A stretch of DNA of 64,000 nt from an uncultured Gemmatimonadales bacterium (lineage in GTDB: Bacteria > Gemmatimonadota > Gemmatimonadetes > Gemmatimonadales > Gemmatimonadaceae). Location of the stretch: NCBI GenBank assembly GCA_963701965.1, contig OY969695.1, forward strand, positions 128,001 to 192,000, written 5' to 3'. The position numbers and the translations under genes were made by a program. Under the pieces are notes generated by a model. It did not search any database. It was not told the DNA's origin and was given only the letters and a program-made list of their open reading frames with translations. Every line of letters starts with the position of its first letter. Position 1 is the stretch's first letter. Positions 1-11,325 of this stretch are shown in pieces.

Positions 1-783
1 GGCACCCGGCGCATAGGCGGAAAAATCGGTCATCCCCTCCTCGCGCAGCACCTCCTCGTCGATGAAGAAGTTGCCGCTGCACGTGCTGGCTGGCCGGGCG
101 AGGATCGCGTAGGCGGCGTCGGCCATGATCTCGGCGCTGCGGCAGTCGGCGGCCATCGCGTCGCCGCCGAGGGCGAAGCGGACTGCGGCGGTGTCGATCG
201 CGGTCAGCGGCCAGAGCGAGTTGACGCCGACCTTGCCCTTGAACTCCGCCGCCATGCCGAGCGTGCACAGGCTCATGCCGAACTTGGCCATCGTGTAGGC
301 GACGTGCGGCGCGAACCACTTCGGATCCATGTCGAGCGGCGGCGCGAGGTTGAGGATGTGCGGGTTGGCCGCCTCGAGCAGGTGCGGCAGGGTCAGCTTC
401 GAGCACAGGAACGTGCCACGCGCGTTGACCTGGCTCATCAGGTCGTAGCGCTTCATGTCGGTCACGAGCGTGCCGGTGAGCGAGATCGCGCTGGCGTTGT
501 TGACGCAGACGTCGATGCCGCCGAACGCCGCAACGCCCTGGGCGACGGCCGCCTTGACCTGCTCCTCGTCGCGGATGTCGCAGACCACCGGCAGCGCCTT
601 GCCGCCGGCGGCCTCGACCGCGGCGGCCGCGCTGTAGATCGTTCCCGGCAGCTTCGGATGCGGCTCGGCCGTCTTGGCAGCGAGGATGATGCGGGCGCCG
701 TCCTTCGCCAGCCGGCAGGCGATGGCCAGGCCGATGCCGCGGCTAGCGCCCGAGATGAAGATCGTCTTCCCCTGGAGTGTCAT
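1..783 (-). CDS. Short-chain dehydrogenase/reductase (HSDL2/citronellol-dehydrogenase-like); 3' end runs off the window
   Basis: Manual translation from ATG 783: MTLQGKTIFISGASRGIGLAI (GxxxGxG), NNAS, YTMAK (YxxxK), PHPKLPGTIY; absent from the ORF track because it has no stop in the window. Confidence 0.9.
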   Translation of the reverse strand, partial: MTLQGKTIFISGASRGIGLAIACRLAKDGARIILAAKTAEPHPKLPGTIYSAAAAVEAAGGKALPVVCDIRDEEQVKAAVAQGVAAFGGIDVCVNNASAISLTGTLVTDMKRYDLMSQVNARGTFLCSKLTLPHLLEAANPHILNLAPPLDMDPKWFAPHVAYTMAKFGMSLCTLGMAAEFKGKVGVNSLWPLTAIDTAAVRFALGGDAMAADCRSAEIMADAAYAILARPASTCSGNFFIDEEVLREEGMTDFSAYAPGA

Positions 784-911
784 CGCCGTCTCCCCCGGTC
801 GCTCGGCGCCGAGCGTTGTCCAGTTCGCCGCCAAAGTCAACTCGGCGCGGCGCCGTCCATCGGGCCAGTCCCTAGGCAATGGCAGGGGAATTGCTAATAG
901 AGTCGGCGCGC

Positions 912-1835
912 ATGGAGACCTTCGTCCAGCAGATCATCAACGGCCTGGTGCTGGGCAGCGTCTACGCGCTGGTGGCGCTCGGCTACACGATGGTCTACGG
1001 GATCATCAACCTGATCAACTTCGCCCACGGCGAGGTGCTGATGGTCGGTGCGCTGACGAGCTGGACCGTCGTCACCGCGCTCGCCGACTTCGGCCTGCCG
1101 GGCTGGGCGCTGCTCCTGATCGGCCTGGTGGCCGCGGTGATCGTCTGCTCGGTGCTCAACTTCACGATCGAGAAGATCGCCTACCGGCCACTGCGGAACG
1201 CGCCGCGCCTGGCGCCCCTGATCACCGCGATGGGGATGAGTCTCCTGCTGCAGACGCTGGCGATGATCATCTGGAAGCCGAACTACAAGTCGTTCCCGAT
1301 CCTGCTTCCCGGCGATCCGCACGTGGTCTTCGGCGCGGTCATCAACAACGTCCAGATCCTGATCCTGGTGATGACGGTCGTGACCCTGAGCGGGCTGATG
1401 TACCTGGTCAACCGCACCAAGCTCGGCCGGGCGATGCGCGCCACCGCCGAGAACCCGCGCGTCGCCGCGCTCATGGGCGTCAAGCCCGACACCGTCATCT
1501 CGGCCACGTTCGTCATCGGCGCCGCGCTCGCCGCGCTCGCCGGCGTCATGTACGCGGCGAACTACGGCTCGGTGCAGCACACGATGGGCTTCCTGCCAGG
1601 CCTGAAGGCGTTCACGGCGGCGGTCTTCGGCGGCATCGGCAACCTTGCCGGGGCGATGGTCGGCGGCGTCCTGCTCGGCCTGATCGAATCGCTCGGCGCC
1701 GGCTACATCGGCGCCCTGACCGGCGGCGTCCTCGGCAGTCACTACCAGGACATCTTCGCTTTCATCGTCCTGATCCTCGTGCTCACGCTGCGTCCGCAAG
1801 GGTTGCTCGGCGAGCGGGTGGCCGATCGCGCATGA
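912..1835 (+). CDS. livH: Branched-chain amino acid ABC transporter permease LivH
   Basis: METFVQQIINGLVLGSVYALVALGYTMVYGIINLINFAHGE; GLKAFTAAVFGGIGN. Confidence 0.93.
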   Translation: METFVQQIINGLVLGSVYALVALGYTMVYGIINLINFAHGEVLMVGALTSWTVVTALADFGLPGWALLLIGLVAAVIVCSVLNFTIEKIAYRPLRNAPRLAPLITAMGMSLLLQTLAMIIWKPNYKSFPILLPGDPHVVFGAVINNVQILILVMTVVTLSGLMYLVNRTKLGRAMRATAENPRVAALMGVKPDTVISATFVIGAALAALAGVMYAANYGSVQHTMGFLPGLKAFTAAVFGGIGNLAGAMVGGVLLGLIESLGAGYIGALTGGVLGSHYQDIFAFIVLILVLTLRPQGLLGERVADRA

Positions 1836-1845
1836 GGTCCCCCGC

Positions 1846-3059
1846 ATGACTCGATTCAGCGAAGCGACCCGTCAACAGAAGCTGGTGCGTCCTGATCGGC
1901 GCCGCGGTGCTGCTGTGCATCCTGCCGTTCGTGGTGCAGACGGCCGGCAACGCCTGGGTGCGGATCATCGACATCGCGCTCCTCTACGTGCTGCTCGCGC
2001 TCGGCCTGAACATCGTCGTCGGCTACGCCGGCCTGCTCGACCTCGGCTACGTCGCCTTCTACGCGGTCGGCGCCTACATGCTGGGCCTGCTCGCCTCGCC
2101 GCAGCTCACCGACACCTTCGCGACCTTCAAGGACGCCTTCCAGAACGGCCTGCACACGCCGTGGTGGGTCGTGATTCCGCTCGGCGCGCTGGTCGCCGGC
2201 GGGGCCGGCGTTCTGCTCGGCGCGCCGACGCTGAAGCTGCGCGGCGACTACCTCGCGATCGTCACGCTCGGCTTCGGCGAGATCGTGCGCGTCTTCCTGA
2301 ACAACCTCGACGCGCCGGTCAACATCACCAACGGTCCGAAGGGCATCACCGGCATCGACGAGATCTCGATCTTCGGCGTCTCGCTCGGCAAGACGCAGCA
2401 CTTCTTCGGCCTCGAATGGCCCAAGGTCACCAACTACTACTTCCTGTTCCTGCTCCTGGTCCTGTTCGCAGTGCTCATCTGCTATCGCCTCGAGCGCAGC
2501 CGGATCGGCCGCGCCTGGATGGCGATCCGCGAGGACGAGGTCGCGGCCAAGGCGATGGGCATCAACACGCGCAACCTGAAGCTGCTCGCGTTCGGCATGG
2601 GCGCCACCTTCGGCGGCGTCTCGGGGACGATGTTCGCGAGCTTCCAGGGCTTCATCTCGCCCGAGTCGTTCAGCCTGCAGGAGTCGATCATGATCGTGGC
2701 GATGGTCGTCCTCGGCGGCATCGGCCACCTGCCCGGCGTCATCGTCGGTTCCCTGTTGCTCGCCGCGCTGCCCGAGGTGCTGCGCTACGTCGCCGGGCCG
2801 CTGCAGCAGATGACCGACGGCCGGCTCGACGCGTCGATCCTGCGCCAGCTGCTGGTCGCGCTGGCGATGATCGGCATCATGCTGTCGCGGCCGCGCGGCC
2901 TCTGGCCTTCGCCCGAGCACGGCCGGATGCGCACCGGCGCCGACACGCCGGCGCCGCTGGCCTCGGTGGGCGAGCTGCCGGTCAAGCTGCCGCACGACCA
3001 GCCGCCGTCGACGCAGATCCCGCCGACTCACCGGCCACATCGTGCCGACCGATCGATGA
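1846..3059 (+). CDS. livM: Branched-chain amino acid ABC transporter permease LivM (frameshifts near both ends)
   Basis: LALGLNIVVGYAGLLDLGYVAFYAVGAY; LKLRGDYLAIVTLGFGEI; GRAWMAIREDEVAA in ORF 1907.. Confidence 0.9.
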
Positions 3060-3833
3060 GCGAGCCGATCCTGCGCGTGAGCGGCGTGTCGAAGCGATTC
3101 GGCGGCCTGCAGGCGCTCTCCGACGTCGGCATCACGATCGACGCCGGGCCAGGTCTACGGCCTGATCGGCCCGAACGGCGCCGGCAAGACGACCTTCTTC
3201 AACGTCCTCACCGGCCTCTACATGCCCGACTCGGGCAGCTTCGAGCTCGGCGGCAAGCCCTACCAGCCGAGCGCGGTGCACGAGGTCGCCAAGGCCGGCA
3301 TCGCGCGCACGTTCCAGAACATCCGCCTGTTCGCCGACATGACGGCGCTCGAGAACGTCATGGTCGGCCGCCACGTGCGCACGCATTCGGGCCTGGTCGG
3401 CGCGGTCTTTCGCACGCCGAAGTTCAAGGCCGAGGAAGCGGCGATCGCGGCGCGCGCGCAGGAGCTGCTCGACTACGTCGGCATCGGCGGCTTCGCCGAG
3501 TACAAGGCGCGCACGCTCAGCTATGGCGACCAGCGCCGGCTCGAGGTGGCGCGCGCGCTCGCCACCGACCCGAAGCTGATCGCCCTCGACGAGCCGGCGG
3601 CCGGCATGAACACGACCGAGAAGGTGACGCTGCGCGAGCTGATCGACCGCATCCGGAACGACGGCCGCACGATCCTGCTGATCGAGCACGACGTGAAGCT
3701 GGTGATGGGCCTGTGCGACCGCGTCACCGTGCTCGACTACGGCAAGCAGATCGCCGAAGGCACGCCGGCCGAGGTGCAGCGCAACGCCAAGGTGATCGAG
3801 GCCTATCTCGGAGCCGACCATGTCACCCACTGA
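3056..3833 (+). CDS. livG: ABC ATP-binding protein LivG (frameshift ~3148)
   Basis: MSEPILRVSGVSKRFGGLQAL, then [41 protein letters not shown]. Confidence 0.9.
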
Positions 3834-4587
3834 GGCCGGATCGGCGGTCACGCCGGCGGCGGCCGCGCCGGGCATGAAGACGCTCCTGCGCGTCAGCGCG
3901 CTGAAGGTCGCGTACGGCGGCATCCAGGCGGTCAAGGGCGTCTCGTTCGAGGTCCACGAGGGCGAGCTGGTCAGCCTGATCGGCGCCAACGGCGCCGGCA
4001 AGACGACGACGCTGAAGGCGATCACCGGCACCCAGGCGGCGGCCAGCGGCGAGATCGAGTTCATGGGCCGGAGCATCCGCGGCCAGGGGCCGTGGGAGCT
4101 GGTCAAGCAGGGCCTGGTGATGGTTCCCGAGGGCCGCGGCGTGTTCGCGCGCATGACGATCGTCGAGAACCTGCAGATGGGCGCCTTCGTGCGCGACGAC
4201 ATCAAGGAGATCGCGAGCGACATCGAGCGCGTGTTCACGATCTTTCCGCGCCTGAAGGAGCGCCGCAACCAGCTCGCCGGGACGATGAGCGGCGGCGAGC
4301 AGCAGATGCTCGCCATGGGTCGGGCGCTGATGGCGCGGCCGAAGGTGCTGCTGATGGACGAGCCGTCGATGGGCCTGTCGCCGATCATGGTCGACAAGAT
4401 CTTCGAGGTCGTGAGCGAGATCCACGGCCAGGGGACGACGATCCTGCTGGTCGAGCAGAACGCGAGCCGCGCCTTGCAGCTCGCCTCGCGCGGCTACGTC
4501 ATGGACAGCGGCGAGGTGACGATGAGCGGCGACGCGAAGGCGCTGCTCGCCGATCCGAAGGTTCGCGCCGCCTACCTCGGCGAGTGA
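3820..4587 (+). CDS. livF: ABC ATP-binding protein LivF
   Basis: [44 protein letters not shown]. Confidence 0.93.
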   Translation: MSPTEAGSAVTPAAAAPGMKTLLRVSALKVAYGGIQAVKGVSFEVHEGELVSLIGANGAGKTTTLKAITGTQAAASGEIEFMGRSIRGQGPWELVKQGLVMVPEGRGVFARMTIVENLQMGAFVRDDIKEIASDIERVFTIFPRLKERRNQLAGTMSGGEQQMLAMGRALMARPKVLLMDEPSMGLSPIMVDKIFEVVSEIHGQGTTILLVEQNASRALQLASRGYVMDSGEVTMSGDAKALLADPKVRAAYLGE

Positions 4588-4689
4588 GTCCGCTCCGGCG
4601 CCGCCTTTAGAATCGCGCCCGCTCCAGCAGCCGCGGCGAGTCGAGATCGGCACTTCGCGCAGACGAGCGCCGACTGGAGAATCCGGCCC

Positions 4690-6031
4690 GTGCAGCCCGC
4701 TACAACCCGCGCCGACTCTGTCATCGCCGACGCCGCACGCGAGTGCGACGTGCTCGTCGTCGGCGGCGGCCCGGCCGGCTCGACCATCGCCACGCTGCTG
4801 GCCGAGCGCGGCAAGGATGTCGTCCTGCTCGAGAAGGCGCACCACCCGCGCTTTCACATCGGCGAGTCGCTCCTGCCGGCCAATGCCGCGCTGTTCGACC
4901 GGCTCGGCCTGCGCGAGCAGGTCGAGGCGATCGGGATGCAGAAGTACGGGGTCGAGTTCGTCTCGCCCGATCACGACAGGCGCCAGTTCATCGAGTTCGC
5001 CGAGGCCTGGGACAAATCGATGCCCTACGCCTGGCAGGTGCGGCGCTCGCAGCTCGACGAGCTGCTCTTTCGCCACGCCGGCTGCTCGCGGCGCGCGCAT
5101 CTTCGAAGGCCAGCGCGTGCGCGAGATCGCGTTCGACGACGACGGCGCGACGGCACAGGCAGAGCTCGACGACGGCACCCGGCGCAGCTGGCGCGCCCGC
5201 TTCGTCGTCGACGCGTCGGGCCGGGACACGCTGCTCGCCAACCAGCTGCGCTGCAAGGAGAAGAACCCGCGCCACAACAGCTCGGCGCTCTACGGCCACT
5301 TCACCGGCGCCGAGCGCCTGCCCGGCAAGCTCGAGGGCAACATCACCATCTTCTGGTTCGAGCACGGCTGGTTCTGGTTCATCCCGCTGGTCGACGGCTC
5401 GACCAGCATCGGCGCGGTCTGCTGGCCGTACTACCTGAAGTCGCGCACCAAGCCCTTGCCCGAGTTCTTCCGCGACACGATCGCGCTCTGTCCTGACCTC
5501 GAGGCGCGCCTGGCCGGCGCGACGCTGATCGACGAGCGCGTCTACGCCACCGGCAACTACTCGTACACGAGCGCGAAGAGCAGCGGCGATCGCTACCTGA
5601 TGATCGGTGACGCCTACGCCTTCGTCGATCCGGTGTTCTCGTCGGGCGTCTACCTGGCGATGCAGAGCGCGTTCGACGGCGCCGAGGTCGTCGCCGCCGT
5701 GCTCGAGCGGCGTCGCGATGCGAAGGCGCTCCGGCGCGCGTTCGACCGCAGCATCCAGCATGGCCCGCGCGAGTTCTCGTGGTTCATCTTCCGCGTCACC
5801 AATCCGACGATGCGCGAGTTCTTCATGGCGCCGCAGAACCCGTTCCGGGTCAAGGAAGCGCTGATCTCGCTGCTCGCCGGCGACATCTACGGGCGGACAC
5901 CGATCTGGCGTTCGATCTTGATCCTGAAGACGCTCTATTACCTGGTCTCGATCGGCAATCTCGGCCGCACGGTGCGCGCCTGGCGGCGCCGGCGAGTCAA
6001 CATCCGCGACGTCGAGGTCCAGGCATCGTGA
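4690..6031 (+). CDS. FAD-dependent halogenase-like oxidoreductase (frameshift ~5085)
   Basis: GGGPAG, PRFHIGESLLP, MQKYG, WFWFIP (WxWxIP), GDAYAFVDPVFSSGV. Confidence 0.85.
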
Positions 6032-6943
6032 GGCGCCTCGCCGGCCGGCGGCGGGGCCTGGTCCTGTCGCTCGCTCTGCTCGGCGCGCTGACGTTCGCCA
6101 CGCGCGCGCGCGCCGACGAGCTGCCGACGCCCGGGCCGGTGGTCGAGGGACCGGTGACGCCGGCCGCGCCGGACGCCGTCGGCACCGAGCCGCTCTGGGA
6201 GCTCGGCGTCGGCGTCGGCGGCATTCCGCTTCGACGACTATCGCGGCTCGGACCACACCAACACCTATGTCTTGCCGCTGCCGTTCTTCGCCTACCGCGG
6301 CCCGATCCTGCGCGCCGACCGCGACGGCGCGCGCGCCGTGCTGTTCGAAGGGCGCCGGTTCACCGTCGACGTCAGTCTGGGCGCATCGGTCCCGACCAAG
6401 AGCAAGGACGACGAGGCGCGTCACGGCATGCCCGACCTGGCCGGCACCTTCGAGATCGGTCCCAACCTCGTCGCCGAGCTCTGGCAGTCGAGCGATCGCA
6501 AGCTGAAGCTCGAGCTGCGCATGCCGGTGCGCGAGGCGATCACGCTCGAGCGCTCGCCACAGGCGATCGGGCTCACGTTCTCGCCCAACCTGAACCTCGA
6601 CATCAGCGGCCTGCCCGGCAAAGGGAACCTGGGGCTGCTCGCCGGCCCGCTGTTCGCCGACCACCGGTACCACCAGTACTTCTACAGCGTCTCGCCGGAG
6701 TTCGCGACCGCAACGCGGCCGGCCTATGACGCGCCGGGCGGCTACGCGGGCTGGCGCGCCACGGCCGCCTTCTCGCGCCGCTTCGGCAATGCCTGGCTGG
6801 GCGCATTCGTCCGCTACGACGACCTGCATGGCGCGACGTTTGCCCCGAGTCCTCTCGTGCGCAAGGAAACCACCGTTACGGCGGGCTTCGGCATCTCATG
6901 GATCTTCGCGACTTCGAGTCAGCGCGTGCGGACCGACGACTGA
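6028..6943 (+). CDS. MipA/OmpV family outer-membrane protein (frameshift ~6225)
   Basis: Signal peptide, PLWELGVGVG, DYRGSD, LPFFAYRG, ARHGMPDL, FEIGP, C-terminal GFGISWIF beta strand. Confidence 0.8.
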
Positions 6944-7686
6944 GCGACGACGCCGAGCTGGCGCCGTCGCTCCGTCATCGCCTCCTGTTCGCGGCGGTCA
7001 TCGTCCAGCTGGGCGCGATGTCGCTCGTCTGGGCCCTGCTCGCGCCGCTGCTGGCGCTGCTGCTGCCGCGTCAGGCCGCCGGGCGCCTCGGCCGCTCGGC
7101 GGTGTCGTTTCTCTACCGCTGCTGCTGGGCCAGCGCGGAGCGGCTCGGCCTGATGAGCGTCGACTCGAGCGCGCTCGACGCGCTGCGCGACGAGCCGGGC
7201 GGTCTGATCGTCGCCGCCAACCATCCGACCATGCTCGATGCCTTGCTCGTGGTGGCGCGGCTGCCGCGCGGCGTCTGCGTCATGAAGGCCGAGCTGATGC
7301 ACAACATCTTCCTCGGCGGCGGTGCGCGCCTGGCGCAGTACATCAGGAACGACGTCGGCCGCGGCATGGTGCGCGATGCCGTGACGACCCTGCGCGAAGG
7401 CAACCAGCTGATCCTCTTTCCCGAGGGCACGCGCACCGTCGGCGCGACGGTCAACGCCTTCAAGCCCGGCATCACGCTGATCGCCCAGCTGGCGCAGGTG
7501 CCGATCCAGACGGTGGTGGTCGAGTCGTTCTCGCCCTACCTCACCAAGGGCTGGCCGCTGCTCAAGGCGCCGCCGGTGCCGGTCCGGATCCGGCTCACGC
7601 TCGGCCCGCGCTTCGCGCCCGATGCCGACCACCGCGCCCAGCTGCGCCGTCTCGAGATCTACTTCGCCGAGGCGCTGCGCCGGTGA
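6898..7686 (+). CDS. Lysophospholipid (PlsC-like) acyltransferase; true start probably near 6940
   Basis: ANHPTMLD (HxxxxD) and LFPEGTRT motifs. Confidence 0.88.
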   Translation: MDLRDFESARADRRLSDDAELAPSLRHRLLFAAVIVQLGAMSLVWALLAPLLALLLPRQAAGRLGRSAVSFLYRCCWASAERLGLMSVDSSALDALRDEPGGLIVAANHPTMLDALLVVARLPRGVCVMKAELMHNIFLGGGARLAQYIRNDVGRGMVRDAVTTLREGNQLILFPEGTRTVGATVNAFKPGITLIAQLAQVPIQTVVVESFSPYLTKGWPLLKAPPVPVRIRLTLGPRFAPDADHRAQLRRLEIYFAEALRR

Positions 7687-8477
7687 GCGCCGCCGCGGGC
7701 GTGGCCGCGTCGACCAGCCACGTGGTCGTCATCCCGAGCTACGACAGCGGCGCGCTGGTCTACGCGACGGTGCGCGCGGCGCGCGCCGTCTGGGCGCCCG
7801 TGTGGGTGGTCGTCGACGGCAGCGGCGACGGCACCGCCGCCGGACTGCGCGAGCTGGCTGCCGGCGACCCGCAGCTGCGGGTCGAGGTGCTCGCGCGCAA
7901 CCGGGGCAAGGGCGCGGCGGTCCTGCATGCGCTCGAGCTGGCGCAGGCGGCCGGCTTCACGCATGCGCTGACGATGGACGCCGACGGCCAGCATCCGGCC
8001 GATCTGATCCCGACCTTCATGGCGGCGTCGGCGCGAAACGCCGAGGCGATGATCCTCGGCCGACCGGTGTTCGACGCCTCGGCGCCGCTGCTGCGCGTGC
8101 GCGGCCGGCAGATCTCGAACGGCCTGGCCCGGCTCGAGACGCTCGGTGCCGGCATCGACGATGCGCTCTACGGCTTTCGCGTCTATCCGATCGCGCCGCT
8201 GGTCGCGGTGATGCGCGGCCAGGCCTGGATGCGCCGCTTCGACTTCGACCCCGAGGCGGTGGTTCGCCTCGCCTGGCGCGGCGTGGCGCCGATCAACATC
8301 GCCGCGCCGGTCAAGTACCTGCGCGCCGAAGACGGCGGCGTCTCCCACTTCCGCTACGGACGCGACAACGTGCTGCTCACCTGGATGAACCTGCGCCTGC
8401 TGCTCGGCTTCGTCGTGCGCTTGCCGATGCTGCTGCTGCGCCGGGCGCGGCGCCGACCGCCGTTCGGCCGCGCCTGA
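7683..8477 (+). CDS. Glycosyltransferase family 2
   Basis: VVIPSYD, VVVDGSGDGT, NRGKGAAV, TMDADGQH (DxD), GFRVYP, SHFRYGRDN; GTG overlaps the previous TGA. Confidence 0.9.
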   Translation: MSAAAGVAASTSHVVVIPSYDSGALVYATVRAARAVWAPVWVVVDGSGDGTAAGLRELAAGDPQLRVEVLARNRGKGAAVLHALELAQAAGFTHALTMDADGQHPADLIPTFMAASARNAEAMILGRPVFDASAPLLRVRGRQISNGLARLETLGAGIDDALYGFRVYPIAPLVAVMRGQAWMRRFDFDPEAVVRLAWRGVAPINIAAPVKYLRAEDGGVSHFRYGRDNVLLTWMNLRLLLGFVVRLPMLLLRRARRRPPFGRA

Positions 8478-8496
8478 CAGCGCGGCGCCGTGCCGC

Positions 8497-9236
8497 TCAG
8501 ATCATCGCGCCGTTGATCGACACGATCTGGCCGCTGATGTAGGCGGCCTCGTCGGAGGCGAGGAAGGCGACCAGCGCCGCGACCTCGTCGGCGGTGCCGG
8601 CGCGCTTCATCGGCACGAGCTTGTCGATCGTCGCGCGGTCGAACACGCTGCCGCCATGCCGGCGTCGATGATTCCCGGCGCGACCGCGTTGACGGTGATG
8701 CCGCGGCTCGCCAGCTCGAGCGCGAGCGCCTTGGTCGCGCTGTTGAGCGCGCCCTTGGCGGCGGCGTAGTTGACCTGGCCGCGGTTGCCGGTGAGCGCCG
8801 CGATCGACGAGACGTTGACGATCCGGCCCCAGCGGGTGCGGATCATCGCCATCACCAGCGGCTGGGTGACGTTGAAGAAGCCGCCGACCGAGACGTCGAT
8901 GACGCGCTGCCACTGCTCGCGCCGCATCGCCGGAAAGACCGCGTCGTCGTGGACGCCGGCGTTGTTGACGATCACCTGGACCGCGCCGCCGGCGAGCATG
9001 CGCGCGCACGCCGCGTCGGTGCTCGCGCCATCGGTGACGTCGAAGGCGATCGCCTCGCCGCTGCCGCCGGCGGCGACGATGCGCTCGACCACGGCCGCGG
9101 CCGATTCGATCCGGCCGTTGGCATGGGCGATCACGTGCAGGCCGGCGCGGCCGAGGCGCTCGGCGATCGCCGCGCCGATGCCGCCGCTCGCGCCGGTGAC
9201 GAGGGCGCGCCGGCGCGCGTTCGGGGCGTCGTTCAT
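8497..9236 (-). CDS. fabG: 3-oxoacyl-ACP reductase, cluster-specific FabG (frameshift ~8655)
   Basis: ALVTGASGGIG, NNAG, GQVNYAAAK, VNAVAPGII, YISGQIVSINGAMI. Confidence 0.9.
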
Positions 9237-9705
9237 GGCGCGCGCGCCAGGACGCGTGTCGAGCACGACCGCGACCCGGCCCGAGGCGAGCTCGCGGCCG
9301 CCGTGATGGAGGCGAAAGGTGCAGAGCAGCCGCGTCGCGTCGGCAGCCTGGCGCTCGCTCGTCACGACCAGCTCGTCAGGCGTCGTCCGGCGGCAGGTCG
9401 TCGAGGCGCCAGCGCGCGAGGCGGACGTCGCGCGCGCTGGCGAGAAAGCCCGGCGCCGCGCTCGCTCCGGCAGCGTCGGCGCAGAGCGCGCCGTGCACCG
9501 CCATCGCCTGCGCCGCGTACTCGATCGCCGTGCTCGCCAGCAGGCCGCTCGCGCTGCGCAGCGGGTGGCGCGGGTCGCGGTGGTTGACGGCGACGCACTC
9601 GATCCGCGTCGCGTCCCAGGCGACGACCCGATCGAGCAGGCACATCGGCCCCTGATGCGGGATCAACGCGGCGATCGCGGCGTGGTCAAGCGTCGCCGGC
9701 GCCAT
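9233..9705 (-). CDS. Hotdog-fold 3-hydroxyacyl-ACP dehydratase-like protein (ApeP-like; frameshifted)
   Basis: IAALIPHQGPMCLLDRVVAWD, IEYAAQAMAVHG, GFLASARDV, ASGRVAVVL. Confidence 0.82.
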
Positions 9706-10456
9706 CGGGGGCTCGCGGTTCAGGACCCGGCGCGCGCACGACGGTGCCGACGAGGAGGACGTTCGCGAACGGCGTGCCGCGGTGCATCGGCTCGCTCGCG
9801 ACCGCGAAGCCGAGCTCGTCCAGGCGCGCCATCCAGGCCGCGAGCGTGCGAGTGGCGGCGTGATCGACGCGCTGGCCGCGCGCGAAGCTGACGATGCGAT
9901 CGACCCAGCGGGTCGCCGTGGAGCGGTGCCGCGAGGCGGCATCGCCGACGCGCAGGACCAGCCGGCCGCCGTCGGGCAGCGCGGCGCGGACCCGCGCCAG
10001 CACGGCGTCCTGCTCGACGATGCTGACGTAGTGCAGGACATCGAGGATGACCACCGTGTCGACCGCGGCGAAGGCGGTGGTTCGCATGTCGGCGCAGACG
10101 AAGTCGGCGCTGTCGCCGAGGGCGTCGCGGGCGCGCGCGACGTCGCGCGCGCGCAGGTCGATGCCGCTGACGTGGGCGTCGACCGGCGCCTCGGCCCAGG
10201 CGCTCGGCCACCGGCCCTGGCGCGCCGCCTGGCCGGCGGCGCGAACCAGGCTGGCGAGCAGCCCCTGGCCGCAGCCGATGTCGAGCACGCGCGTTCGCGG
10301 CGCGATCAATCCGTGGGCGAGCAGATGGCCGAAGACCGGATCCCAGCGCAGCTTGCCGCGTGCGAAGTGCCAGGCGAAGCGGCCGGCGCGCTGGTAGGGC
10401 GCGCTCGCCGTCTCGACCAGCGAGCGCCAGGCGAGCGCCGGCGTGGCCGTGCTCAT
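9686..10456 (-). CDS. Class I SAM-dependent methyltransferase
   Basis: FARGKLRWDPVF, VLDIGCGQG, ILDVLHY, GTPFANVLL; ATG 10456 overlaps the deacetylase stop. Confidence 0.85.
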   Translation of the reverse strand: MSTATPALAWRSLVETASAPYQRAGRFAWHFARGKLRWDPVFGHLLAHGLIAPRTRVLDIGCGQGLLASLVRAAGQAARQGRWPSAWAEAPVDAHVSGIDLRARDVARARDALGDSADFVCADMRTTAFAAVDTVVILDVLHYVSIVEQDAVLARVRAALPDGGRLVLRVGDAASRHRSTATRWVDRIVSFARGQRVDHAATRTLAAWMARLDELGFAVASEPMHRGTPFANVLLVGTVVRAPGPEPRAPDGAGDA

Positions 10457-11325
10457 GCCGCTGCCGCGATCGTGTCCGCTGCGGCCAGCAAGGTCACCGG
10501 ACGAAGGCGCGCTGCCCGCACCCGCTCGAGCAGCGCCGGCAGGACGACGAGCGCGAGGGCACGGCCCTCGGCGTCGCGCGCGGCATGGCCGTCGTGGAGC
10601 AGCAGGATGTCGCCGCCGCCGAGGCGCCGGACGAGGCGCGCCAGGACCGCGCCGGCGTCGCTGCCGACGGTGTCGAAGCCGCGCCGGGTCCAGCTGACGA
10701 GCTGCAGGTCGAGGCGTTGCAGCACCGGCGCCAGGAACGGGTTGCGCAACCCGGCCGGAGCGCGAAAGAAACGCGGCGCGGTTCCCGTGATCTCGGCCAG
10801 GCTCGCCTGCGCCGCCGCGACCTCGCGCGCCATCGCCCGCGGTCCGAGCAGCGAGAAGCGATGCGAGTGGCGATCGCTGTGGTTCTGGACGCTGTGCCCG
10901 CGCGCGACGATCGCGCGGCAGAGCGCGGGATGCGCGCGTGCCCGCTCGGCGATGCAGAAGAACGTCGCCTGCACGCCGTGCCGGTCGAGCAGGTCGAGGA
11001 CCGCAGGAGTCACCTCGGGATCGGGGCCGTCGTCGATCGTGATCGCGATCTCGCCGCGTGCGGCCGCCGCCCGCCGGCAAGCTGCGTCCAGTTGCTGCCG
11101 AGCCAGCGCGAGCGCGGCCAGAGGCCGCCGGCGGTGAGGACAAGATGATTGGCGGCGACCGCACCCAGTGCCCACGGCCAGCTCGAGGGCACGAGCGCGG
11201 CGCCGGCGCCCGCCGCCAGGTGCCAGGCGAGGCTCGCCTTGGCATAGGCCGGCCACGCCGTCGCAGCCGCAGCCGGGCGGCGTGCCGGAGGCCGGGAGCA
11301 GGCCCTCGCCGGGAGTTGTCGTCAC
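10453..11325 (-). CDS. Polysaccharide deacetylase (NodB family) with N-terminal membrane segment (frameshifted)
   Basis: AITIDDGP, ATFFCI, NHSDRH, FFRAPAG, ILLLHDG. Confidence 0.85.
   Translation of the reverse strand: MTTTPGEGLLPASGTPPGCGCDGVAGLCQGEPRLAPGGGRRRRARALELAVGTGCGRRQSSCPHRRRPLAALALARQQLDAACRRAAAARGEIAITIDDGPDPEVTPAVLDLLDRHGVQATFFCIAERARAHPALCRAIVARGHSVQNHSDRHSHRFSLLGPRAMAREVAAAQASLAEITGTAPRFFRAPAGLRNPFLAPVLQRLDLQLVSWTRRGFDTVGSDAGAVLARLVRRLGGGDILLLHDGHAARDAEGRALALVVLPALLERVRAARLRPVTLLAAADTIAAAA

Noticed and set aside
1907..3877. Apparent LivM-LivG fusion ORF (656 aa)
   Set aside because: An ATGA overlap at 3056-3059 marks the normal junction; the read-through comes from an indel
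8607..9365. Dehydratase-FabG fusion
   Set aside because: The ATGA overlap at 9233-9236 indicates two coupled genes; indel artefact
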